From Trichomonas gallinae (Eukaryota), in NCBI GenBank assembly GCA_008369845.1, contig MRSU01002291.1, forward strand, positions 50,323-70,322: DNA of 20,000 nt, written 5' to 3'. Of the stretch, positions 1 through 8,550 are shown in pieces. A program made the translations under genes and the position numbers. Numbering within the stretch: the stretch's first letter is position 1; each line of letters starts with the position of its first letter. The notes below the pieces were generated by a model. That model ran no database searches and was not told the origin of the DNA. It saw nothing but the letters and a program-made list of their open reading frames with translations.

Positions 1-42
1 CGGTTATCCCCACAAAAATGACTTCACTTGACCATAACCATC

Positions 43-140
43 TGACACGTAAATTTTTCATCGCCAATTTTTTATTTTACATGTCAAAATATATCTGACA
101 TGTAAAATATTTTACAAACAAATCAAATCTGGCATGTAAA
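43..140. repeat. Cluster of four TGACAYGTAAA-like motifs, including a 14-bp perfect inverted repeat
   Basis: tgacacgtaaa 43-53, tttacatgtca 76-86 (reverse), tgacatgtaaa 96-106, tggcatgtaaa 130-140. Arms 73-86 and 96-109 are exact reverse complements. Confidence 0.75.
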
Positions 141-181
141 TATTCTTTACAAGCATTTTTTTTATATCTCATTTTTTCATC

Positions 182-522
182 ATGAAAACAGTATCCAATC
201 AAGCTAATTAGAGTTATTCTTCATGATTTCATTGCTAATATTAAAGATTTGCTTGATGATATCAAATCTTCGAATAAGAATGAAAACATAAAAAATTATT
301 CGTTTTATTTATCATGAATTCATTGACCATATAAATGAATGCAAGATTATCCATTAACATAGAATAAAACCTTGGTATTGCTATATATTTACCTCTATTT
401 TTGAAATAATTCTTGATTTATCACAGAAATTTCATTGACTGGTTAATGAACCAGAACTCATATACAAAATCAAAAATACACATATCGAAATTATACTCAT
501 AAAAATAGAATTAAATTTTTGA
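182..522 (+). pseudogene. Possible degenerate small gene with an internal peptide repeat
   Basis: Inr-like TCATT at 169-173 and ATG at 182. Removing one A from each of the A-runs at 185-188 and 290-295 gives MKQYPIKLIRVILHDFIANIKDLLDDIKSSNKNENIKIIRFIYHEFIDHINECKIIH*. The frame then runs to 522 with stops at 355, 436 and 520. Confidence 0.3.
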
Positions 523-542
523 ATAAATTTTTTTGTAAGATT

Positions 543-1220
543 TTACGGTTTCTTATGCTTCAATGAATCAAAACTCTTGGATGGCGTCATACAATGTTTG
601 TAAGCAATCATATCATCATTAAAATTCCAATTGGGATATTTTTTAGAGTCAATATCGGATTTTTTAGGATTTATTTCCATAGGCATAGCACTAAACGGCG
701 AATTCGACTGAAAACTCATTTCTTTTGTTTTAGTTCTAATTAATTTCCCTCCATTTACTGGATCAGAGTCTAAATATCCAAATATAGAAGTATTCATCTC
801 AGATCTTAACTCAGGTGGCAAAAACAACCTAATATCTGTAGAAGGAGGAGGATTTGATGTGGGACGCTTAACAGGTGAATGCATTGGGTTATTAGTATTA
901 CTATGGTAAGACTCATTGCTATATTTTGTATTGTGCATCATATGAGGTACTTGATTTTGCTGGCAATAATTTTGAGGTATATAATTTTGAGCGTAATATT
1001 GGCTTTGCTGCTGAGGCGATTGGATATCTGGTCCCTGAGACCTACTTTTATTAGATTTCCAAGTCACAGATCTATCGCCTTGCAGCAATCTGTCCATAGT
1101 ACGCTCAAAACTTCCACATTCAGCTAGCATCAGTCGTATAGTCTCCGGGTCAACAGCCGGAAACATCTCGCATAAATTTTTCAAACTTTCACTTGTTGGA
1201 ACACTACTATTGCCATACAT
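543..1220 (-). CDS. CUE-domain (ubiquitin-binding) protein with a Q/N/P-rich disordered tail
   Basis: SLKNLCEMFPAVDPETIRLMLAECGSFERTMDRLL has the CUE hallmarks (MFP and a terminal LL). The ORF-track start at 1343 is TTG in AT-rich DNA. The ATG is 1220 or 1253; 1220 is preferred because an AAAGTGGC motif lies between the two. The stop overlaps TAAA. Confidence 0.8.
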   Translation of the reverse strand: MYGNSSVPTSESLKNLCEMFPAVDPETIRLMLAECGSFERTMDRLLQGDRSVTWKSNKSRSQGPDIQSPQQQSQYYAQNYIPQNYCQQNQVPHMMHNTKYSNESYHSNTNNPMHSPVKRPTSNPPPSTDIRLFLPPELRSEMNTSIFGYLDSDPVNGGKLIRTKTKEMSFQSNSPFSAMPMEINPKKSDIDSKKYPNWNFNDDMIAYKHCMTPSKSFDSLKHKKP

Positions 1221-1481
1221 AGATTTTTCAATATGGCCACTTTTTTTTTGCATAATTTTTTTTAGATAAATCTTAAAGAGTTTGATTTTTGAATTGCAAA
1301 TGACTAAATTAGCAATTTTTACAAGTAAAAATTTAAAGAGCAACTAGATTAAAAGTCCAAATTTGAAAATCTCTTTTTTTCGCAAAAATTCTTTTACCAA
1401 TGTTATGCATGTCCAATTATGAGTAACTTACCATGTTTTGTATGATATTTTTTGGTATAAAAGTATCTTATTTTGCACCAT

Positions 1482-1538
1482 AACTTTTGCTGACCAATTG
1501 AGGGCTTTTTGCCAAAGAATTGAGAACTTTTGCTGACC
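1482..1538 (+). repeat. Short degenerate tandem repeat (unit of about 21-22 bp)
   Basis: aacttttgctgacc exact at 1482-1495 and 1525-1538; aattgag at 1496-1502 and 1518-1524. Confidence 0.6.
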
Positions 1539-1833
1539 TTCGTCAAAATGCTATCGTCCCGTCGTCAATTTGCCAGAATTCAGTTTCGATATCAGGATAT
1601 GATAATAAATATGTATACAAAAATCCAGGTCAGGATTCCGGATGTGATAAAATTTATATAGATCAATTTTGATGCATGCATGCAATAAATATGTATGAAT
1701 GAAAAAAGAAATTAATATTTCAAATTGATTTAGTTCTAATTATTAGGCTAGTCATTGTCGAATAATGACCAGGTGAAATTAGAAATGTATCTAGTTTATA
1801 ATGAAAAAATTTATTTAAACTAAATCCACATTT

Positions 1834-3969
1834 TCATTCAACTTTCTTTATTAATTTTTCAGCCTTTTCAACTAATTTCTTCGCCTGGTCAGCTCCAACT
1901 TTGGATTCCAAGTATGACATGGCCTTTCTTGCGATGAGTTTCATATCAACTGAGCAGAACTTGTTGAGATATGCAATGACCGCAGCAGTGTATATATCCT
2001 CATCATCTTTATCAGACTTGAACTTCATTTCATTGATCAATTCTTTCAATGTCTTGAATGAGCCTGATGCAGACTGTTCTCTTGATATCTTCTCGCAGAA
2101 GGACTTCTTGGCTTCTGGAGGTGGAGCAGCTTGTTCGTCTTCAGAGTCAGCTTGTAGCATGCTGTTGCTTGCAGCAAATTGGACAAAGTTGTTTGTGTCA
2201 AATTGTGCTGCCTTTGCATGTAGCATGCGCGGCATTCTCGCATGAGCAACCCTTGAGAACATCTGGACAGGGACTTCCACTTCTATGTGCTGCTGGATGT
2301 TTTCATGTTTGGTTTCATCATCATATAAAATCAGGGAAGTATATTTCGTCATCAAGTTAAGCGGCTTCGCGTGTTGGACTGTGAAATTCTGGTCTACAAC
2401 ACCATCGTTGGCTGCTCTATTAACTGCTATTGAGTGCAAGAACTTTGTAGAGTCAAGAAGTTCGGCATCTGCAGAAGAAAGCTTAAATGTTTGTTCGCCC
2501 TCAGAAGATTTGCCTTTAATTGTTACTGAGCATTCTTTGTTTTCTCCCATATATGAGAGCTCGAAGTATGAATTGCGTGGGATAGAAAATGGTGTTAATT
2601 GCATCAATTGGCCGCAATCTGACTTAATTTCTAGATTTGATAAAATTGGATTAACGGCATTGTCCAAAAGTCTGATGACTGCGCTCTGTATTTCGTCTGA
2701 GTTACTCACAAACTCGGAAGTTCCACCGGAAAATCTTGCAATTGAGCGAACAAGATTCATATCTGCTCCAGCACCGACACCAAGGGAGAATATACGTGAT
2801 TTTGATCTCTTTGTCAGTTCAGTCACCTGCTCGATGTTAGAAACAGCTCCATCTGTGAGTACAAAAACGACTTCTGGTTGAAGTTCATTCAAAATCTTCG
2901 ACAATGGCTGGTATATTTCTGTTCCTCCCATATCAGCATTAATGCGACTAACATAAGCATCTGCCTTTGATAAAGATTCATCGTTATATGGCTGAAGTTT
3001 GTAATCATTAAATGATGAGGCCATTGTTCCAAATTTCACAATGTCAAAAGTGCATCCAACAGGAAGTGAGTGCAAGAACAGTGGCATTGCCTTTCTAACG
3101 TTTGTAATTCTATCATCTAAATTCATTGAACCTGAGCAATCAAGAAGGAAGACAAATGACTTTGGATTAGACTTTGATTCCTTGAGGATTTCTAATGGAT
3201 TAAGTTTGAAGTTGACAACTTGTGATTTTCCAAATATTTCTTTCGTTGATTTAACTTTTTCGTTTAAATAAACTTTGGCATTGAAGTCATCCGTCGGGAC
3301 ACTGTTAAGAACTATTGTATTTTTGTCTACAACGAATTCTTTCAACTTTGAATTCTCTTCGAGCGTGGAATCTTTAGGTAGAACGTATTTGAGTTTGAAA
3401 TTATATGTTGGTCCACCAATCGTGTCCTTTGGTACTTGTTCTGCCTCGATTATCCTATTAGGTGTATATCTCGGGAATAGTGTAAGCGGAAGAGTGATTT
3501 TATTGTAGAATTTCTCGGTGAGAGGGTCAAAATTGGTTTGTAAAGCTGCATAGAGCGAGAAAGTGATGTCAATATCGGCACCAGATGGAATCGAACATAA
3601 GTGAATAATCATACGATCGCTTTGGCGCTCAATCAATAAGGCTGTTTTATTTTCTGACTTCTTTTCTTGGAAAACATCAGAAGCTTTGTACTTTTCTTCG
3701 GCTCTAGAGATGAAGGTTTTATTATTTGCTGACATAAAAACATCGCTGACAGCCATATCAGTGTCCATTGGCATAGTAAGCTTTGCATCAACGAGTGTGC
3801 CATTGTTTTTGTTGTTGTATTTCAATCTGAAATCAATCTGAAGATTCGCTGATTCTTGTCTCATGTCTATTTCCATTGATTTGAGTGGTAGATCATCCGC
3901 AGGGACATTGTCTATCTGGAATGGACAGATTAACTTCTCGAACATGCATAACAAGCTCAGTATCAACAT
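1834..3969 (-). CDS. VIT + von Willebrand factor A domain protein (VWA5A-like), possible signal peptide
   Basis: 711 aa. N-terminal VIT-like region; vWA with intact MIDAS (FLLDCSGSM...GGTEI...LTDG); LMTKYTSLI motif; VWA5A-type C-terminus (QSASGSF...TAAVIAYL...LIARKAMSYL). Inr TCATT at 3982-3978. Confidence 0.9.
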   Translation of the reverse strand: MLILSLLCMFEKLICPFQIDNVPADDLPLKSMEIDMRQESANLQIDFRLKYNNKNNGTLVDAKLTMPMDTDMAVSDVFMSANNKTFISRAEEKYKASDVFQEKKSENKTALLIERQSDRMIIHLCSIPSGADIDITFSLYAALQTNFDPLTEKFYNKITLPLTLFPRYTPNRIIEAEQVPKDTIGGPTYNFKLKYVLPKDSTLEENSKLKEFVVDKNTIVLNSVPTDDFNAKVYLNEKVKSTKEIFGKSQVVNFKLNPLEILKESKSNPKSFVFLLDCSGSMNLDDRITNVRKAMPLFLHSLPVGCTFDIVKFGTMASSFNDYKLQPYNDESLSKADAYVSRINADMGGTEIYQPLSKILNELQPEVVFVLTDGAVSNIEQVTELTKRSKSRIFSLGVGAGADMNLVRSIARFSGGTSEFVSNSDEIQSAVIRLLDNAVNPILSNLEIKSDCGQLMQLTPFSIPRNSYFELSYMGENKECSVTIKGKSSEGEQTFKLSSADAELLDSTKFLHSIAVNRAANDGVVDQNFTVQHAKPLNLMTKYTSLILYDDETKHENIQQHIEVEVPVQMFSRVAHARMPRMLHAKAAQFDTNNFVQFAASNSMLQADSEDEQAAPPPEAKKSFCEKISREQSASGSFKTLKELINEMKFKSDKDDEDIYTAAVIAYLNKFCSVDMKLIARKAMSYLESKVGADQAKKLVEKAEKLIKKVE

Positions 3970-4133
3970 GTTAGAAAAATGAAAAAATTTTATTTGAGTG
4001 AGGTCACTTAATTTATTGAACGAGTATTGAAAATATCATTGTCACTTTTTGCAAAATTTTCGGCATATCTTCTAATTTCGATATACATCAAAATATCAAA
4101 AAACCAATTGACCAAGGAAATATTAAAACAAGT

Positions 4134-4191
4134 TGTCATGTAAATATCAAACATTATTTTTTACATGTCAATATTCGATCATTACACGTCA
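4134..4191. promoter_or_regulatory. TGACAYGTAAA-like motif cluster in a divergent intergenic region
   Basis: tgtcatgtaaa 4134-4144, tttacatgtca 4160-4170, ttacacgtca 4182-4191. A regulatory role is inferred, not shown. Confidence 0.45.
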
Positions 4192-4675
4192 AAAAATTCA
4201 ATTCAAGCAATTTGTTCTTGATGAGGGAAGATGTTATATAAGGGCAATATCCCCATCTTACGTTAGTTTTGCGGACCATATATATTTTCATAATTACCTG
4301 AATATAAAATATTTTGCTTAAATAGAATTTTAGTTAAGAATTGGGTAGTGTAACAAGTTGCTCCTGTGTATGTTTTGGCTTTTGTTGTTGTCAATGAAAA
4401 CTATCATAAATGATTGTTTTTTTCAATCCAATTTTCAAATTTTATTATGCAATTTACAATGTTTATAATAAATACTTATAATAAATACGATCTTTCCAGT
4501 ATTTCACGTGATTTTGAGCTTTGATTGGGCAGAATCCAAAATTTCAATAAGAAAAATATTGGATTTGAGGTTTAAAAGTTTTTAAAAATTCATTAATACT
4601 TGTTGTACATGATGTATATCGTAATTAAAAATGAGAAGATTTAATGAGAAAAATTACGGGCGCAAAAGAATTAAA

Positions 4676-5758
4676 ATGTCTGATTTGTTTGCCGACGAAG
4701 GTGACTCTCTTTTTGCGAAAAAGCCCAAAGAGAAGCCTAAAAAACTAGCAGTGACAAATATCAAACCAATTGTACCGAAACCGCGTCCAGAAGCTAAACC
4801 TGCCGAAATTCAAATTAATGCCACTCCTCAAATTCAACAACCAGCGCCGAAACCAGCACCTGTTGAAGTAAATATAGTTAAACCAGAACCAAAACCAGTA
4901 ATACAGCAGCCAGTACAGCAGCTAAAACCGCAACAACCAGAAATTGAAGAAGAAGAAATCGAAGAAATAATTATCCCTGACACCACAACAATCACAGATG
5001 TTATGAATGCATTTGATGAAAAATTTGATGCTGTTTTAAGACAAATAAATAAAATCCCTGCAAAAACAAGCAAAATCCACCAAACTCTTTATAATTCTAA
5101 CGACACATTAAACAAGCTTACTGATTTAATACATAATTCGGAAAGAAAAGATCGAAAACTTCAAGAATTACAATATAAATTAAATTCGCAAAAAGCAATT
5201 GAATCAAATTCATATTCAGACGCCATTGCAACTAAAATGGAAGAACTGGCTGCATTTCAAGCCCGCCACGAATCATGTCTTGCAGATATTAATTATATCA
5301 AACAATACGAAGAAAAGTTGCAGAAACAAGTTCAATCAATTGACAAACAAATAGATAGTCAAATTATTAGACTCAAAGAGCAAATGAACAGAGAATTTGA
5401 ATTGTCAAACAAAAATTTGCTTTCTGAGATCAATGATTTGAAAAACACTATGAAGGAATATGACTCCCAGAAGTCAGAGATAATTTCCAAGATCAATGCA
5501 GTCGCACAGGACTCAGCACTAGTGAAAGCAGGAGGAAATGCTGAAGTTGAAAAAATGAAACAGAAAATTGCAGAGCATTTGAAGTCTGTTGTCTCTAATA
5601 TGGCAAATGATATCACTGAAATTGTTAGCTCTAATTTCAAGCCTTCAACAGTTTATGATTCGCATAAAGTTGTTAATGCAGTAAAATATGCACTCCAAAA
5701 TGCAGCCGATAGTATTCTTAATCCTGATGACGAAGAGGAAGAAGAAGAGGAGGATTAA
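4676..5758 (+). CDS. Coiled-coil protein with an N-terminal LF-acidic-LF motif, Pro-rich linker and acidic tail (possibly FKBP15-related)
   Basis: Long ORF. Probable start MSDLFADEGDSLF at 4676 (alternative ATG at 4631). P/K/Q-rich segment, long heptad-like region, C-terminal DDEEEEEEED. Confidence 0.8.
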   Translation: MSDLFADEGDSLFAKKPKEKPKKLAVTNIKPIVPKPRPEAKPAEIQINATPQIQQPAPKPAPVEVNIVKPEPKPVIQQPVQQLKPQQPEIEEEEIEEIIIPDTTTITDVMNAFDEKFDAVLRQINKIPAKTSKIHQTLYNSNDTLNKLTDLIHNSERKDRKLQELQYKLNSQKAIESNSYSDAIATKMEELAAFQARHESCLADINYIKQYEEKLQKQVQSIDKQIDSQIIRLKEQMNREFELSNKNLLSEINDLKNTMKEYDSQKSEIISKINAVAQDSALVKAGGNAEVEKMKQKIAEHLKSVVSNMANDITEIVSSNFKPSTVYDSHKVVNAVKYALQNAADSILNPDDEEEEEEED

Positions 5759-5878
5759 TTTGTTTTATATGATTAAATCTTTAGTATAACTGTTTTTCTA
5801 ACTATAAACAATAGAAAATATTTACTAAACATAATAAAATAAAACAATACATAACAATGAATATATCAAAAAACAAAA

Positions 5879-6841
5879 TTATACGTTTTCATCCGGCTTT
5901 TGCGACTTAGTTTCAGGTATATTTATGAATTCTACAGACCTTGTCCTTGACTGTGCCAGAGTATTTGGTATATCTTCAAGATTGATTGGCCCTTCTGCAT
6001 TATCTTCATTCTTTCGATTAATATTGATCTTAATAAGAACTGATATGGTGACTATAGTCGAAATAAATATAAAAGCGCTGAAAGCGACAAAGAACCATTC
6101 TAAATGATTCCATATTGAATTAAATCCTGTGATAAGAGGTATTCTCAGTGACTGCGAAAAGTTGCTCTGCCTAATAAATGTTACACCGTCATAAAAAGAG
6201 ACTCCACCGGATGCTATACCTTTCGTTAAATATTTGTGTAACCAAAAAGCAGTTCCAGCAATGATTCTGATATCAATTGGAACATATTGGGAGTCTCTTA
6301 TTTGTAGAATAACTGGAGACTTAATCAAATAGGCATCTAGAGTAGTTCTTCGCAATTCAACTGTTTTCAGTTCATCATCTTCATAATCATAATATTCAAA
6401 ACGTGCAGCTAGACCAATTCGAGAATGATTCATCTTTTCAACAAGAATTTTTGTGTTTTTGCCGAAATCAAAGTATACAGTATAAGATTCTCCAAGAGTT
6501 CTATGTGGAATTCTAAATACCACTCCAGCTGCATCATTGACGTAATATGCACTAAAGTGGCCTCTGTTGTGATGCCAAAAGGAAATTGGACAAGCGTCTG
6601 TTTGACACGCAATTTTAACATTACTACCTTCAAACAATGCAAAGTTGCCCGGATTTATCGTTAGTGTATTGTCATTGATATCTGTGACAGTAGCAGGGTA
6701 TTTTGATGACGTATGTAGATAAATGCCTGTACGAGCAGTACCAGAAAACGATGAATTGATAGTTTGCAGTATGCATCGTCCGAATATCGTTGTTGTATAG
6801 TTCTCTCTGCATGGCAGCCAGACTGCCAAGAGGAAAAACAT
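5879..6841 (-). CDS. Type-I membrane (surface) protein, unknown function
   Basis: 320 aa. Short hydrophobic N-terminus (MFFLLAVWL), beta-rich ectodomain with N-glycosylation sequons, one TM helix (WFFVAFSAFIFISTIVTISVLI) and a charged tail. Confidence 0.8.
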   Translation of the reverse strand: MFFLLAVWLPCRENYTTTIFGRCILQTINSSFSGTARTGIYLHTSSKYPATVTDINDNTLTINPGNFALFEGSNVKIACQTDACPISFWHHNRGHFSAYYVNDAAGVVFRIPHRTLGESYTVYFDFGKNTKILVEKMNHSRIGLAARFEYYDYEDDELKTVELRRTTLDAYLIKSPVILQIRDSQYVPIDIRIIAGTAFWLHKYLTKGIASGGVSFYDGVTFIRQSNFSQSLRIPLITGFNSIWNHLEWFFVAFSAFIFISTIVTISVLIKININRKNEDNAEGPINLEDIPNTLAQSRTRSVEFINIPETKSQKPDENV

Positions 6842-7411
6842 TCAATTGAATATAAATCTGGCACTTTTGCTGGTATCATGCCCAAATATTCACCGCAATG
6901 ATACAGATTATAAAAAATAACGATCGTATTTACAAAAATTTATTCATTTGAAAATATTTTGTAAAGAATTTTTTTTGGGTCGTAAAACATATATCAGGGG
7001 GTTGTATTCAAATGACAAATTCTCGACTATAAGATGTACTCATAATTATTAATATTATATGAAAATTTTGGTTATGGTCAAATTTTATATAAATTTTTCA
7101 ACGAAAAGGAATTTTAATAAATATAAATTTGAACATATTAAAACATAGCCCATGATGAAATATACACATATTTTAAATCACGAGTAAAAATATGAGGTTT
7201 TATTTATATGTCAATTATTTCCGGTGATTAATAAAATAATGGATGTTAAACTCATAGAAATCAGGAGAGTATCTCATGTATTATCATAACGATGCATTTA
7301 TATTTCCAAATTCATATTGTTTCTCATGATAATAAACAAGTTTAGGTATGATAGAATTAGTTAGGGTCTAACAATTTTTATTAGGGGACCGACACGTTTT
7401 TTAGAGAAACA

Positions 7412-7756
7412 ATGGCATCTAACCTAAATGATTTTAGTGGCAACTATGAAGAGCTTAGTAATGCAGTTATAAATAGCAACGGACTTATTGTTGTGATTTT
7501 CTATGCTGAATGGTGCCCAACATGTAAATTTTTATTAGAGTCATTCCCTGCAATTGCGAAAGAATTTCCTAAAGTCGCATTTTTCAAAGCGAATATTGAT
7601 GAGGGTTCAGATTTAGTAGCTCATTTCGGAATTTGCTCAGTTCCTCAAATATTATTTATGAAAGCAAACACAGGCCAGGTACAACAATTAGGAAATGTAC
7701 TAGGTGCAGATTTACATCAAATTAAAGCTAAACTTCAGCAATTTTCAGAAAAATAA
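7412..7756 (+). CDS. Thioredoxin family protein (WCPTC active site)
   Basis: 114 aa. VVIFYAEWCPTC, FPKVAFFKANID and cis-Pro loop SVP match the thioredoxin fold pattern. Confidence 0.93.
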   Translation: MASNLNDFSGNYEELSNAVINSNGLIVVIFYAEWCPTCKFLLESFPAIAKEFPKVAFFKANIDEGSDLVAHFGICSVPQILFMKANTGQVQQLGNVLGADLHQIKAKLQQFSEK

Positions 7757-8550
7757 TTTGAAATACAACTTTAGCTCATTTTTCTCCATGATGTTCCATT
7801 CTACTGTTTATAAACGTTGTTTACTTCATTATTAACAAATCTCATTTTTTATATTATCGATATTATAAATCAAAAATAAATTATTAAACACAATATAATA
7901 TTAGTAGTAAGACATTTTATTATAATACTATATTATAGTTAAACAATTTTTTAATATTATTTTATTGATCAAAAAAGTTGAAAAGTATTCCGCTATAAGT
8001 ATAAAAATGCAACTGCTATCAGCTAATAGACGTTTCAATGTATTTCTAGCAAAAAAATTTTATAGGCGTTTATCAAAAATGAATTGAGTATTATAAGTGA
8101 TTGGTAACTATTAGACTTGTTTAAAACACATCCACATCCTGAGTACTTCATCCGAGGTTTTTATATACAAGATGAATAGGGTAAATTACTCGTATTTGAA
8201 TGATGCTCACAAAAAAACCGATAATTTAAATACATAGTAAGGTTCTTATTCAATTTTTATATTAAGTAGTCTTGTTATAGGTTATATAGAATAAAAATGA
8301 TTGCGATCATGAATTGTAAAGTTTACACCGGTAATCGAAAATTTTTTAATAATCGAAAATTATCGGTTTTAATCATATTTTATAGTTTAAAATCATTTGA
8401 TATATAGATTTATTAATAAAAATTCTAGATTTTTGAAAAATGATGAATTTTGAATTTTTTGGTGATACCATGATATGGCGATTGATTTTTGAATAGCAAA
8501 TTTTTCATGTTTTCAAAACTGATCGTGAATTTTTATTTTTCAAAAAAATT

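Noticed and set aside
1748..1772. Small hairpin CTAGTCATTGTCGAATAATGACCAG (and a similar one at 19791-19812)
   Set aside because: Short stems, plausible by chance, with no recognisable RNA motif.
2285..2881. 198-aa antisense ORF and the other short ORFs overlapping the main genes
   Set aside because: Shadow or out-of-frame ORFs of well-supported genes, with no recognisable motifs or promoter signals.
7350..7390. TTAGGG hexamers upstream of the thioredoxin
   Set aside because: Only two isolated copies, not a telomeric array.
8431..8522. Possible C/D snoRNA (ATGATGA at 8440, CTGA at 8519) and an imperfect AT-rich inverted repeat
   Set aside because: No closing terminal stem outside the boxes and no recognisable rRNA guide. 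Such motifs are expected by chance at this AT content.
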